Assembly: GCA_951812955.1 (NCBI GenBank)
Contig: OX638340.1
Location: 1,632,001-1,696,000 of the forward strand
DNA length: 64,000 bases
Direction: 5' to 3'
DNA from: an uncultured Gemmatimonadota bacterium
GTDB lineage: Bacteria; JAAXHH01
Part shown: piece by piece, positions 52,425 through 61,786 of the stretch
How positions within the stretch are numbered: position 1 is the stretch's first letter
Layout of the letters: the number at the start of each line of letters is the position of its first letter
Translations under genes and position numbers: made by a program
Notes under the pieces: generated by a model
Seen by the model: the letters and a program-made list of their open reading frames with translations, nothing else
Told to the model about the DNA's origin: nothing
The model's database searches: none

Positions 52425-53088
52425 AACGCCGGTCGCGGAATGATTCACGGCCTCCCCGGCGTCCGCGCATCCCGGAATCCCGGCGTCCGTCGCGCCGGTC
52501 GCGGAATGATTCGCGCAGCTCTTCCTGCTGTTCCGGTGTCAGCACGTTCTTGACCTCGGCGCGGAAGACGGCGCCTCGCTCGAACACGCTGCCCTGCGCC
52601 CTGGACACGGCCGCGGCCAGCTCTTTCACTTTTTCCAGGTCCGGGCTGGTCTCGCCCATCAACTCGTTCAGATCAATCCGTGCGAGCCTCGAATCGGCGC
52701 GAAGCTGGACCATGTCCCGTGCATACGCTGAACGCAGCGTGCTGATCTGTTCCTGTTGCTCGTCTGTGAGTTCGATATTGTTCAATGCCCTGCGGGACAG
52801 GTCGTTCCCGCGCGACCGGTCGTTCCCGCGGGACCTGCCGGTACGTGCTGCGTCGTTATCGGCAAGATTGTGGTCCAGGGCGTCGGCGAACTCTCCCGCT
52901 GATCCTGATTCCGCGAACTCGGCAATTAGCTCGAATTCGGATTCTGCCTCGTGCTCCGCGCCCGCCGTGGCGGCTTCGTGATGGCCGCCGCCCTCATTAT
53001 GACTGATCTTTCCCGCAGCATCGAAAGCCCAGGCCAGAACGGCCACGGACAGCGTGCCTGCGAAGATTCCTGTAATCATCTTTTTCAT
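52423..53088 (-). CDS. Periplasmic LTXXQ-motif protein (Spy/CpxP-family-like), copy 2
   Basis: Signal MKKMITGIFAGTLSVAVLAWA. Two LTxEQ motifs (LTDEQQEQI, LTPEQQEEL). His/Glu-rich N-terminal region. Confidence 0.55.
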   Translation of the reverse strand: MKKMITGIFAGTLSVAVLAWAFDAAGKISHNEGGGHHEAATAGAEHEAESEFELIAEFAESGSAGEFADALDHNLADNDAARTGRSRGNDRSRGNDLSRRALNNIELTDEQQEQISTLRSAYARDMVQLRADSRLARIDLNELMGETSPDLEKVKELAAAVSRAQGSVFERGAVFRAEVKNVLTPEQQEELRESFRDRRDGRRDSGMRGRRGGRESFRDRR

Positions 53089-53166
53089 GCTGTAGCTCCT
53101 TTCGAAATACACCCTGACTGAAATGGTCGCGATCTCCGGAGACCGTTTTCGTGCTTCTCTACATGA

Positions 53167-53196
53167 TTAGACTGGAATCGACGGAGTTTTATTCCC
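53167..53196 (-). promoter_or_regulatory. ECF-type promoter candidate upstream of LTXXQ gene 2: GGGAATAAAA-N14-GTCTAATC on the minus strand
   Basis: It resembles the RpoE-type -35 GGAAC / -10 GTCTAA consensus. The same motif with identical spacing recurs upstream of the ECF sigma gene. Confidence 0.45.
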
Positions 53197-53286
53197 TTTT
53201 TCTTTCGATTGCCTTTTCTTCTCATCTCCTATACCGGGCCCGGCATCCACAGCCGATCCCCAAGCCCGTTCCGGCGGCTCGAAGTT

Positions 53287-53766
53287 TTAATCGCCGTTGT
53301 TTCTCCGGTGCTCATCCGTCCGATCGTTCTCGTGGCTGCCGGATCCGTTACGTCCACCCGGCCTGTTGCGCTCCCGGCGCAAGTCGGGACCACCTTCCCG
53401 GCGGAACTCACGGGCGCGTTCGCGGCGCTGGCGGATACTCTTTATCCGCTCCAGCTGCCTTTCGGTGAGGATGGGTTCCAGGTCCCGATGCAACGAATCG
53501 ACCAGGGTCTGCATCTCGCGCCGGTGACGCATGTAATTCTCCCGGAATCCCGGTTCGTGTTCACCCACCACTTCCCTGATCCTTCGTATCTGCTCCTGGT
53601 CCGGACGCACCATTCTGACCCAGCGATCCACGAAGCGTTCCCGGGTCATCTGGGGCGGCGGCTGCAGGCGGTCCCGGGCGAAGGCGCCCAGGATCAACGC
53701 ACCGCATACCATGCCGATGATCAGCGTGGCCAGCAGAATGGCCGCGGTCTTCAAGTGGATGTTCAT
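53287..53766 (-). CDS. Membrane-anchored LTXXQ-motif protein, copy 1, translationally coupled to the anti-sigma gene
   Basis: N-terminal TM helix (AAILLATLIIGMVCGALILGAFA), an LTERQLERI motif, and an Arg/Glu-rich helical tail. Its start ATGA overlaps the upstream stop. Confidence 0.5.
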   Translation of the reverse strand: MNIHLKTAAILLATLIIGMVCGALILGAFARDRLQPPPQMTRERFVDRWVRMVRPDQEQIRRIREVVGEHEPGFRENYMRHRREMQTLVDSLHRDLEPILTERQLERIKSIRQRRERAREFRREGGPDLRRERNRPGGRNGSGSHENDRTDEHRRNNGD

Positions 53767-54227
53767 AATGCGCCCTCCGTTTCCAGTGCGATCCGCGCGT
53801 CATAGAGGTCTTCAGGGTACAGTTCCTCGGTCAGGCCGAAGGAAGCCGTGAAGGAGACGTTTCCGGTCGTGGCCAGGTTGTAGGTCAACAGCAGCATAGC
53901 GGCGATGGACGCGGCCACCGCCATTCTACGGAACATGAGGGACAACGCAGTCTGGAAATCATGCGTTGCTTCGGCGGTGGAATTCGACACCGGACCGGCC
54001 GCGGACTCCGTCGCCAGACGCTCCATGACCCGGTCGGTGAAGCCCGCCTGGAACGCCGGCGACTCCTGGCCTTCGACGAGACCGCGCAGGTGCATCAATC
54101 GTTCGTATTCTTCCCGAAGGCCCTGGTCGCGCAGGAGCGCCGCGTCCAGGCGGCTTCGTTCACCGGGCGTCAGGGACGTATCGAGCGACCGGTACAGCAG
54201 GTCCAGCTCAGACCGTTTCATGGACAA
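53763..54227 (-). CDS. Putative anti-sigma factor (single TM)
   Basis: 154 aa. It overlaps the 3' end of the ECF sigma gene. It has an N-terminal cytoplasmic helical region and a TM segment (MAVAASIAAMLLLTYNLATTG). Assigned by position and architecture. Confidence 0.5.
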   Translation of the reverse strand: MSMKRSELDLLYRSLDTSLTPGERSRLDAALLRDQGLREEYERLMHLRGLVEGQESPAFQAGFTDRVMERLATESAAGPVSNSTAEATHDFQTALSLMFRRMAVAASIAAMLLLTYNLATTGNVSFTASFGLTEELYPEDLYDARIALETEGAL

Positions 54228-54831
54228 GCTCCCTGTTGGAGTACAGAAGTAATCGTTTCAGCTTCTCCTGGGACCGCCTCAGACGGGAAAGGACCGTCCC
54301 GACGGGAATCCCCAGGATCTCGGCGGTTTCTTTCGTGGAATAGCCTTCCATCAGCCGGAGTACGATAACGGAACGGAATTCCGGTTTCAGTTCCTGCAGC
54401 GCCTGTTGAATCCGGTCGGCCGTGTCGTCGTATTCGGCGCTGGCCCGGGGGTCCGCATAATCCGCCTCCGGTTCGTTGCGGTCCCTGCCTGGCACGGCGA
54501 GGGGTACAATGATCGATCGGCGGCGACGTTTTCTGAGTTCGGAAATCGCCAGGTTGACGGCGATGCGAGTCAGGTAGGTGCCGACCGACGCCTGACCGCG
54601 GAACCCCCGGAGGCCGCGGTAAAAACGGATGAAGGTCTCCTGCCCCACGTCCTCCGCATCGGCGGTGTTCCCGAGCATGCGGATGACGACGGACGCCACG
54701 CGGTCCTTGTGACGTTCCACCAGTTCCCGGAAGGCATCTTCGCTTCCGTCGCGGGCGGCGTCGACCAATGCGGCGTCTTTCAAGGCGTCTTCCCTCATCC
54801 CGTCTCCCTCGAATAACCGTTTTCCGGTCAA
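54208..54831 (-). CDS. ECF-subfamily RNA polymerase sigma-70 factor (RpoE-like)
   Basis: Region 2 (FRELVERHKDRVASVVIRMLGNTADAEDVGQETFIRFYRGL) and region 4 (LKPEFRSVIVLRLMEGYSTKETAEILGIPVGTVLSRLRRS). Start may be the internal Met at 54798. Confidence 0.85.
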   Translation of the reverse strand: MTGKRLFEGDGMREDALKDAALVDAARDGSEDAFRELVERHKDRVASVVIRMLGNTADAEDVGQETFIRFYRGLRGFRGQASVGTYLTRIAVNLAISELRKRRRRSIIVPLAVPGRDRNEPEADYADPRASAEYDDTADRIQQALQELKPEFRSVIVLRLMEGYSTKETAEILGIPVGTVLSRLRRSQEKLKRLLLYSNRELVHETV

Positions 54832-54853
54832 GTCCGATTCCGCTGCCTACTGA

Positions 54854-54883
54854 TTAGACCCCGCCGGCGCCGATTTTATTCCC
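54854..54883 (-). promoter_or_regulatory. ECF-type promoter candidate upstream of the ECF sigma gene (autoregulatory): GGGAATAAAA-N14-GTCTAATC on the minus strand
   Basis: Plus-strand TGATTAGAC-N14-TTTTATTCCC at 54851..54883, identical in both elements and spacing to the copy at 53164..53196. Confidence 0.45.
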
Positions 54884-54974
54884 ACAAAATCGAGAACCCA
54901 TGTTATTTCTATTGCAAAGAACCTGGCCGTACTTACCGGTATGTTCATAGTCGCGTTGTGAAAGGAGGCTTCTG

Positions 54975-55550
54975 GTGCGGGGCGTATGTCTAGCAATCGC
55001 GTGGCTGTTCTCGCCGCTGTTGGCCGAAGGTCAGGCAAATGCCCGGTTAGGCGGTGGACCCGGCATGCCTGTCGGCGACCTGTCGGACGGTACAGAAGCT
55101 GCAGGCTCTTCATTTCTGGTCGGCGTGGCTATTCCTGTCGACGTTGGTTACTTCCTGCTGCTTGAGGGTCATCACAGTCGTTTCGGAATTAACGAGGAGG
55201 AGCTTCCAGATACGAATGAGCGGGTGAATCCAGATGCCGACATAAAGCTGACGGGCGGCAACGTGGGACTGCTGATTCAGGGCGTGGCGGATCCCGTGGG
55301 ATTCTATGGCCACGGGGGCGTGGGATGGGCCAGAGGTACGGGTAATGGCGAACGCTCTAACGAGGGTGAAGACGCGCGCTTTAATTCGGGCGATAACTCG
55401 TTCATGTTTGTATTTGGTCTCGGGGTCAACTTGACGGTCAGCGACCACGTGAGGCTGTCACTGGAGGCCAGGTACAACCATGCGTTCGATGTGTTCGATG
55501 AAAGTGCCCGGTGGATACCCGTTACCGCCTCCGTGGTGATTCAACTGTAG
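54975..55550 (+). CDS. Outer-membrane beta-barrel protein (OmpW/OmpA-like small barrel)
   Basis: Signal peptide, an amphipathic strand pattern, and an aromatic-rich C-terminus ending VVIQL. Confidence 0.45.
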   Translation: MRGVCLAIAWLFSPLLAEGQANARLGGGPGMPVGDLSDGTEAAGSSFLVGVAIPVDVGYFLLLEGHHSRFGINEEELPDTNERVNPDADIKLTGGNVGLLIQGVADPVGFYGHGGVGWARGTGNGERSNEGEDARFNSGDNSFMFVFGLGVNLTVSDHVRLSLEARYNHAFDVFDESARWIPVTASVVIQL

Positions 55551-55675
55551 CCCTGGGATGTCAAAGATAATGAAACACAGGAGCCATCTTTAAATATATT
55601 GACTTTGAATGGACGAATCATCACAGTTGGAGACAGTTTCCCGTTCGCGGAATACACCCTGACAAGCGTGGTATA

Positions 55676-56149
55676 ATGGCTTTCGATCACATGGATCAAC
55701 GGCGGATCATGGGGCATTTCGCGACCGGCGTGACCGTCGTAACCACCTGGCATGAAAATAAACCCCAGGGCATGACCGCAAACGCGGTGGCTTCGCTTTC
55801 TCTTGACCCTCCACTCGTCCTCGTATCGGTGGACGTCAAGGCCCAGATGAACGGCTGTCTCAAGGAAAGCAACTGCTTCGCCGTCAACATACTGACAGAG
55901 GCACAGGAAGCATGGTCCGTACGATTCGCTAAACACGGTCCGAAGGATTTCTCAGACATCGATTACCGTACCGAAACCACAGGCTCCCCCGTTCTCGAGC
56001 AGGCACTGGCCTATGTCGACTGCAGGGTCAAGGATATACTGCCGGGGGGGGACCACGACATCTTCATCGGCGAGATTGTAGCGGGAGGCGCCCGGGAAGG
56101 GCGCCCGCTGGTCTTCTACGGCGGTCAGTACGGCAGTCTTTCCGGCTGA
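55676..56149 (+). CDS. Flavin reductase-like (FMN-binding split-barrel) family protein
   Basis: HFATGVTVVTT...GMTANAVASLSLDPPLVLVSV pattern typical of the flavin reductase domain. 157 aa. Confidence 0.8.
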   Translation: MAFDHMDQRRIMGHFATGVTVVTTWHENKPQGMTANAVASLSLDPPLVLVSVDVKAQMNGCLKESNCFAVNILTEAQEAWSVRFAKHGPKDFSDIDYRTETTGSPVLEQALAYVDCRVKDILPGGDHDIFIGEIVAGGAREGRPLVFYGGQYGSLSG

Positions 56150-56195
56150 AACGCAACTGCTACTGTTCCGCCGACCCGTTTAATCCGGAGCGTTC

Positions 56196-57839
56196 ATGCA
56201 ATACGGTTTCATCATCGACAACAGGAAATGTATCGGGTGCCACGCCTGCACCGTCGCGTGCAAGGCCGAGCACGAGGTGCCCCTCGGCGTCAACCGGACC
56301 TGGGTGAAATACATCGAGAAGGGGACCTATCCGAACACGACCAGGCATTTCTCGGTCATGCGGTGCAATCACTGCGAGGACGCCCCCTGCGTGGAGATCT
56401 GCCCGGTGACGGCGCTGTATACGCGGAAAGACGGCATCGTGGATTTCGATCCACGCAGATGCATCGGATGCAAGGGCTGCATGCAGGCCTGCCCGTACGA
56501 CGCGCTCTACATCGACCCGGACACCCATACGGCGGCAAAGTGCAACTACTGCGCCCATCGGGTGGATATCGGCCTCGAACCCGCCTGCGTGAACGTCTGC
56601 CCTGAACACGCCATCATATCCGGCGACATGGACGATGATTCCACGGAGATCGCCCAGTTGCTCGCGAAGGAACAGGTGACGGTCCGCAAGGTGGAAAAGG
56701 ACACGAAACCCCGCCTGTACTATATCGACGGCGACGAAGCCTCGTTGACGCCCGGGGAAACCGCGACGTCCGACAATTACATGTGGAGCTCACAATCGGA
56801 CGGCGTGGGCCACTTCGCAAGATACATCGAGGAAAGGACCGCCCGCGCGAATCCGGAGGACATGGTCAGACAGCTTGGTGGGGAGAACCAGGGCGGACAG
56901 GTTGGCGGCGGGCAAGATGGCGCCGGCGTACGCGGCGAACAAGATAGCGACAAAGATGAGAGATCCGGCAAAGGCGCCGCGGCGCGCAGGGTCTACGACG
57001 CGCCGGACAAGGGCGTGCTGTGGGGAAACGACGTAGCCGCATACGTTTGGACCAAGGCCATCTCGGCGGGTGCTTTCCTCCTTCCCTTCGCGGCCTCGGT
57101 CCTGGGCATGACGATAGATCCTTTTCTTTCCTGGTTCGGAAGTACCATCGCCCTGACCTTTCTCCTGGCCACGACGATCCTCCTGGTGAGCGATCTGACC
57201 CAGCCCAGACGATTTCTCTATGTACTGCTCCGTCCTCAGTGGAAATCCTGGCTCGTGCTCGGAGGCTACGCGTTGACCCTCTACGGGCTGGCGCTCACGC
57301 TGTGGGCCGTGGCAATGTGGACCGGCCGAACCGGGGCTGCCGAAATCATCGGCTGGATCGCGGCCGTACTGGCGGTCCTTACGGCTGTATATACGGCCTT
57401 TCTATTCGCCCAGGCCAAAGGACGGGATTTCTGGCAAAGCCCCACGCTCGTCCTGCACATGCTGCTCCACGCGGTGCTCGCCGGCGCGGGGGTTTTCGCT
57501 ATCGCGCTTCTGTTCAGTGCGTCGGGCGAAGCGTGGACCGCCTTCGTCCGGAATACGCTGATCGTCGCCATCATCCTGAACCTGCTCGTAATCGCATCTG
57601 AAATGCTGACCCCCCATCCGACCGCCGACGCGCGGAAAGCCGTGCAGGCCATCGTCCGCGGCCGGTACCGGGGGTATTTCTGGATCCTGGGCATCGCCCT
57701 GGGCAACATAGCGCCCGTCGTACTGGCCTGGGCCGGTGGCGAAACGATGCTCGCCGCGGCCGGCGTGGGCGTGCTGATCGGCCTGTACGCGACCGAGTAC
57801 GTCTGGGTCAGGGCGCCGCAGGACATACCGCTGAGTTGA
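56196..57839 (+). CDS. Fusion of a four-cluster [4Fe-4S] ferredoxin subunit (PsrB/DmsB/SoeB-like) with an NrfD/PsrC-like integral-membrane quinone-interacting subunit; no signal peptide
   Basis: Four Cys clusters (CIGCHACTVAC, CNHCEDAPCVEICP, CIGCKGCMQACP, CNYCAH...CVNVCP), then ~8 hydrophobic TM helices in the C-terminal ~280 aa. The protein starts directly with the Fe-S domain (MQYGFIIDNRKCIGC). Confidence 0.8.
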   Translation: MQYGFIIDNRKCIGCHACTVACKAEHEVPLGVNRTWVKYIEKGTYPNTTRHFSVMRCNHCEDAPCVEICPVTALYTRKDGIVDFDPRRCIGCKGCMQACPYDALYIDPDTHTAAKCNYCAHRVDIGLEPACVNVCPEHAIISGDMDDDSTEIAQLLAKEQVTVRKVEKDTKPRLYYIDGDEASLTPGETATSDNYMWSSQSDGVGHFARYIEERTARANPEDMVRQLGGENQGGQVGGGQDGAGVRGEQDSDKDERSGKGAAARRVYDAPDKGVLWGNDVAAYVWTKAISAGAFLLPFAASVLGMTIDPFLSWFGSTIALTFLLATTILLVSDLTQPRRFLYVLLRPQWKSWLVLGGYALTLYGLALTLWAVAMWTGRTGAAEIIGWIAAVLAVLTAVYTAFLFAQAKGRDFWQSPTLVLHMLLHAVLAGAGVFAIALLFSASGEAWTAFVRNTLIVAIILNLLVIASEMLTPHPTADARKAVQAIVRGRYRGYFWILGIALGNIAPVVLAWAGGETMLAAAGVGVLIGLYATEYVWVRAPQDIPLS

Positions 57840-58009
57840 GTAGGACTTACCGCTGAGTTAAGAAGGACATAGCACCGAGCTGACATAAACGCTGCCTGGC
57901 CCGTTCCGGGAATCGGCACGGCCGGAAACTGCCCCGGGTTCGACGACATTCCACTGCCGCGGGCTCGACGACACAATGAAGGAAGACACAGCAGACAGGA
58001 ATCACCAAC

Positions 58010-60871
58010 ATGTCCATACGCCATAAACCGGGACTGATCGAATCGCTGGCCGAGAAAGTCGGCCTGATTCCCAACCTGCACGAAGAGGACGGACCGGATC
58101 TGCCCAGTCTCACCGAAGGCGGCGCGCTCACGGACTATCCGCCCCCTGACCAGTGGGACGACTGGGTGGAGTACGAGGCGCAGGACTGGCCGAAACAACA
58201 GGCCAAACACTACATGGTGGTGCCGACGGCCTGCTTCAACTGCGAGGCCGGGTGCGGACTCCTCAGCTACGTCGACAAGGAGACGATGGAAGTCCGCAAG
58301 TTCGAGGGGAACCCCTACCATCCCGCCAGCCGGGGACGCAATTGCGCCAAGGGTCCAGCGACCATAAACCAGATCCGTGACACGGACCGCATACTATACC
58401 CCATGCGCCGGTCCGGCGCCCGGGGAAGCGGGGAGTGGGAGCAGGTGTCCTGGGATACGGTGCTGGACGACATCGCGGCCCGGATACGGGAGCGGCTGCA
58501 ACAGGGCGCGAACAACGAAATCGCCTATCACGTGGGCCGGCCCGGGGCCGAAGGCTACATCGACCGCGTGCTCAAGGCCTGGGGCGTCGACGGGCACAAC
58601 AGCCACACCAACATCTGCTCGTCGGGCGCCCGCTTCGGCTACGCCCTATGGCATTTCTTCGACCGGCCGTCGCCCGACCACGCCAATGCGCGGTTTATCC
58701 TGCTGATCAGCGCTCACCTGGAATCGGGGCACTACTTCAATCCCCACGCACAGCGGATCATCGAGGGCATGATGAACGGCGCGAAGCTTGCCGTCATGGA
58801 CCCGAGACTGTCCAATACGGCCAGCATGGCCGACCACTGGTTGCCCACCTATCCCGGCAGCGAGGCCGCGGTATTGCTGGCCATGGCCAACGTCATCCTG
58901 CAGGACGGCCTTTACGATGCGGAGTTCATGAAGACGTGGGTGAACTGGCAGACCTACCTGGAGAAGGAACACCCGGAAGCACCGCGCACCTTCGATCGGT
59001 TCATCGAAGCGCTCAAGTCGGTCTACAGCGAGTACACGCCCGAGTTCGCCGAACAGGAGAGCGGCGTGCCGGCTGCCCAGATTGCCGAGATCGGCCGCGA
59101 GATCGGCCGGGCGGGATCGCGGTTCGCCACCCACAACTGGCGCAGCGCGGGTAGCGGAAACGCCGGCGGCTGGGCCGTGGCCCGCTGCCTCCACTTCCTG
59201 AACGTACTCACCGGCAGCGTGGGCACGGAGGGTGGGACCTCGCCGAGCGGGTGGAACAAGTTCAAACCCAACGTATTCGACCATCCCCCGGATCAGAAGT
59301 TTTGGAACGAACTGCATTTCCCGAAGGAATACCCCCTCTCCCACTACGAGATGAGTTTTCTCCTCCCCCATTTCCTGAAAGAAGGACGGGGGAAGCTGGC
59401 TGTCTACTTCACCCGGGTGTTCAATCCCGTGTGGACGTACCCGGACGGGTTTACCTGGGTCGAAGCGCTCCGCGATGAGGAGAAGGTCGGGCTGCACGCG
59501 GCCCTGACGCCTACGTGGAACGAGACCGCCTTTTTCGCCGACTACGTACTGCCCATGGGCCACGCCAGCGAACGCCACGACATTATCAGCTACGAGACCC
59601 ACTCGGGCACCTGGATCGGTTTCCGCCAGCCCGTCCTGCGCGAGGCCCGGCGTCGCATGGGCGACCCGGTGGATTTCACCTACGAGGCGAACCCCGGCGA
59701 GGTATGGGAAGAGGACGAGTTCTGGATCGAGCTGTCCTGGCGCATCGATCCCGACGGCAGCCTGGGGATCAGGGACCACTTCATCTCGCCGTACAGGCCG
59801 GGTGAGAAAATCACCATCGACGAATACTACCGGTACATCTTCGACAACGTGGACGGACTGCCCGAGGCCGCCGCGAAAGAGGATCTTTCAACTCTGGATT
59901 ACATGCGAAAGTACGGCGCCTTCGAGGTGGAGAAGACGGCCTACGCGAAACATCTCAAGACACTGGACGACGAGGCCGTCGCGGGCGCTAAGGTCGATCC
60001 GGAGACCAATGCCCTGGTCGCAGGCGGCAAGACCGTGGGCGTGATGGTGGACGGCGCGCCGCGGGCGGGCTTCCCCACGCCGTCTCTGAAGCAGGAGTTC
60101 TATTCCCAGACCATGGTGGACTGGGGCTGGCCGGAGTACGCCATACCCACCTACATCAAGAGCCACGTGCATCCCGACGAACTCGACCGTGAGAACGGCG
60201 AGTACCCGCTGGTGCCCACCTTCAGGCTGCCCACACTGATCCACTCGCGGTCCGGCAACGCCAAGTGGCTCAACGAGATCTCCAACCGCAATCCCGTGTG
60301 GATGCACCGGCGGGACGCCGAAAAGATGGGCATTGGCACGGACGACCTGGTCCGGGTGACCACCGAAATCGGCCATTTCGTCGACCGCGTCTGGGTCACC
60401 GAGTCCATGAAACCCGGAGTCGTCGCCTGCTCCCACCATCTCGGGCGCTGGCGGCGCAAACAGGACGCGGACGGAAACCGCTGGTCGGTGAACCTGGTGG
60501 ATATCCAGGAAGAGGACGGCGGGAAGTGGCGCATGCGTGTGATGGACGGAATCAGACCCTATGAAAGCGCAGACCGCGACTCCTCGCGCATCTTCTGGCG
60601 GGACGGCGGCGTGCACCAGAACATCACCTTCCCCGTGCACCCAGATCCCGTGAGCGGCATGCACTGCTGGCACCAGAAGGTCAAAGTGGAAAAGGCCCGC
60701 GAAGAGGACGCCTACGGGGACGTGATGGTGGATACGGAGAAGTCCTTCGAAGTCTACCGCGCATGGCTGGACCAGACCCGGCCCGCGCCAGGTCCGGGCG
60801 GCCTGCGCCGTCCCCTCTGGTTCAACCGACCCCTGCGTCCGGCCGAAGAGACCTTCTACCTGCCTGAATAG
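58010..60871 (+). CDS. Molybdopterin (bis-MGD) oxidoreductase catalytic subunit, DMSO-reductase superfamily; no Tat signal; SoeA-like candidate
   Basis: 953 aa. N-terminal Fe-S cluster motif CFNCEAGCGL...C. Size and domain order are those of MopB/Molybdopterin/Molydop_binding proteins. The N-terminus (MSIRHKPGLIESLAEKVG...) has no RR motif or hydrophobic h-region. Confidence 0.8.
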   Translation: MSIRHKPGLIESLAEKVGLIPNLHEEDGPDLPSLTEGGALTDYPPPDQWDDWVEYEAQDWPKQQAKHYMVVPTACFNCEAGCGLLSYVDKETMEVRKFEGNPYHPASRGRNCAKGPATINQIRDTDRILYPMRRSGARGSGEWEQVSWDTVLDDIAARIRERLQQGANNEIAYHVGRPGAEGYIDRVLKAWGVDGHNSHTNICSSGARFGYALWHFFDRPSPDHANARFILLISAHLESGHYFNPHAQRIIEGMMNGAKLAVMDPRLSNTASMADHWLPTYPGSEAAVLLAMANVILQDGLYDAEFMKTWVNWQTYLEKEHPEAPRTFDRFIEALKSVYSEYTPEFAEQESGVPAAQIAEIGREIGRAGSRFATHNWRSAGSGNAGGWAVARCLHFLNVLTGSVGTEGGTSPSGWNKFKPNVFDHPPDQKFWNELHFPKEYPLSHYEMSFLLPHFLKEGRGKLAVYFTRVFNPVWTYPDGFTWVEALRDEEKVGLHAALTPTWNETAFFADYVLPMGHASERHDIISYETHSGTWIGFRQPVLREARRRMGDPVDFTYEANPGEVWEEDEFWIELSWRIDPDGSLGIRDHFISPYRPGEKITIDEYYRYIFDNVDGLPEAAAKEDLSTLDYMRKYGAFEVEKTAYAKHLKTLDDEAVAGAKVDPETNALVAGGKTVGVMVDGAPRAGFPTPSLKQEFYSQTMVDWGWPEYAIPTYIKSHVHPDELDRENGEYPLVPTFRLPTLIHSRSGNAKWLNEISNRNPVWMHRRDAEKMGIGTDDLVRVTTEIGHFVDRVWVTESMKPGVVACSHHLGRWRRKQDADGNRWSVNLVDIQEEDGGKWRMRVMDGIRPYESADRDSSRIFWRDGGVHQNITFPVHPDPVSGMHCWHQKVKVEKAREEDAYGDVMVDTEKSFEVYRAWLDQTRPAPGPGGLRRPLWFNRPLRPAEETFYLPE

Positions 60872-60872
60872 T

Positions 60873-61742
60873 TCAGACCGTATCTCCCCGCAGGATGTCC
60901 CGGACGGCGGAGCACACCGCCTCGTCGGCATCCGGCATGGCACCGGTGCGCGACGCCACCCAGGCGCCGAGCCGGTTGGCGGCTTCGCTGACGCGTGCAA
61001 GCGGCACGCCACGCAGGAGGCCAGTTGCCAAAACCGCGGTGAAGGCGTCTCCGGCTCCGATGGTATCGACTACGTCCGCCGGGACACCCGGGTGGCCCAC
61101 GGTCTCAGACGAGGTAACCAGCAGGCTGCCTTCGGAGCCACGGGTGACGCAGACCAGATCCAGTTCGTAGGCCTTCAGCAACCGCCGGGCCATGGACTCG
61201 AGACCGGCATCCCCGAGGTCCAGCAGGGGACAGACGGTGCGCAGTTCTTCGTCGTTCAGCTTGACTGCGTGAGCACGCTGGAAAGAATCGTGCAGCAGGG
61301 CCGGAGAGTAACGGTCCTGCCTGAGGTTCACGTCGAAGAGCCGCAGGGCGGAGGGCCGCAGGGCGTCGAGAAACGCCGTGACGGCGGCGGTCGATTCCGC
61401 TTCATGCCGGGACACCGTCCCGAAGCATACGGCGTCCGAACGCGCGGCCAGCGCGGACCATTCGGGCGTCCACGCCATGTGCTCCCAGGCGACGACGCCG
61501 TTGATCGTGAAATCCGGCTGTCCGTCCGCCCCAATAGTTACGCCGACCGTCCCGGTGGGATGGGCGTCGTCCCGCTGAATCGCTGCGGTGGACAGCCCCT
61601 TGCCGGTAATGCGGTTCACGGCTTCGTTGCCGAGGTCATCCTGTCCGACCCGGCTCGCGACGATCCCCTCTTCGCCCAGGAGTGACGCGAAATAGGCGAA
61701 GTTCGCCGGGGCGCCGCCGAGTTGGGAACCCGACGGCAGCAA
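60873..61742 (-). CDS. PfkB-family sugar kinase (fructokinase-like). The listed TTG start truncates the conserved N-terminus, and the frame stays open upstream to an ATA codon at 61790.
   Basis: GGAPANFA motif (compare fructokinase GGAPANVA) and the C-terminal GAGDAF motif. My translation of the same frame upstream gives (I)KDRYVIVGLGELLWDLLP. Confidence 0.75.
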   Translation of the reverse strand: MLPSGSQLGGAPANFAYFASLLGEEGIVASRVGQDDLGNEAVNRITGKGLSTAAIQRDDAHPTGTVGVTIGADGQPDFTINGVVAWEHMAWTPEWSALAARSDAVCFGTVSRHEAESTAAVTAFLDALRPSALRLFDVNLRQDRYSPALLHDSFQRAHAVKLNDEELRTVCPLLDLGDAGLESMARRLLKAYELDLVCVTRGSEGSLLVTSSETVGHPGVPADVVDTIGAGDAFTAVLATGLLRGVPLARVSEAANRLGAWVASRTGAMPDADEAVCSAVRDILRGDTV

Positions 61743-61786
61743 GTCCCACAGCAGTTCGCCCAGGCCGACGATAACGTAGCGGTCTT

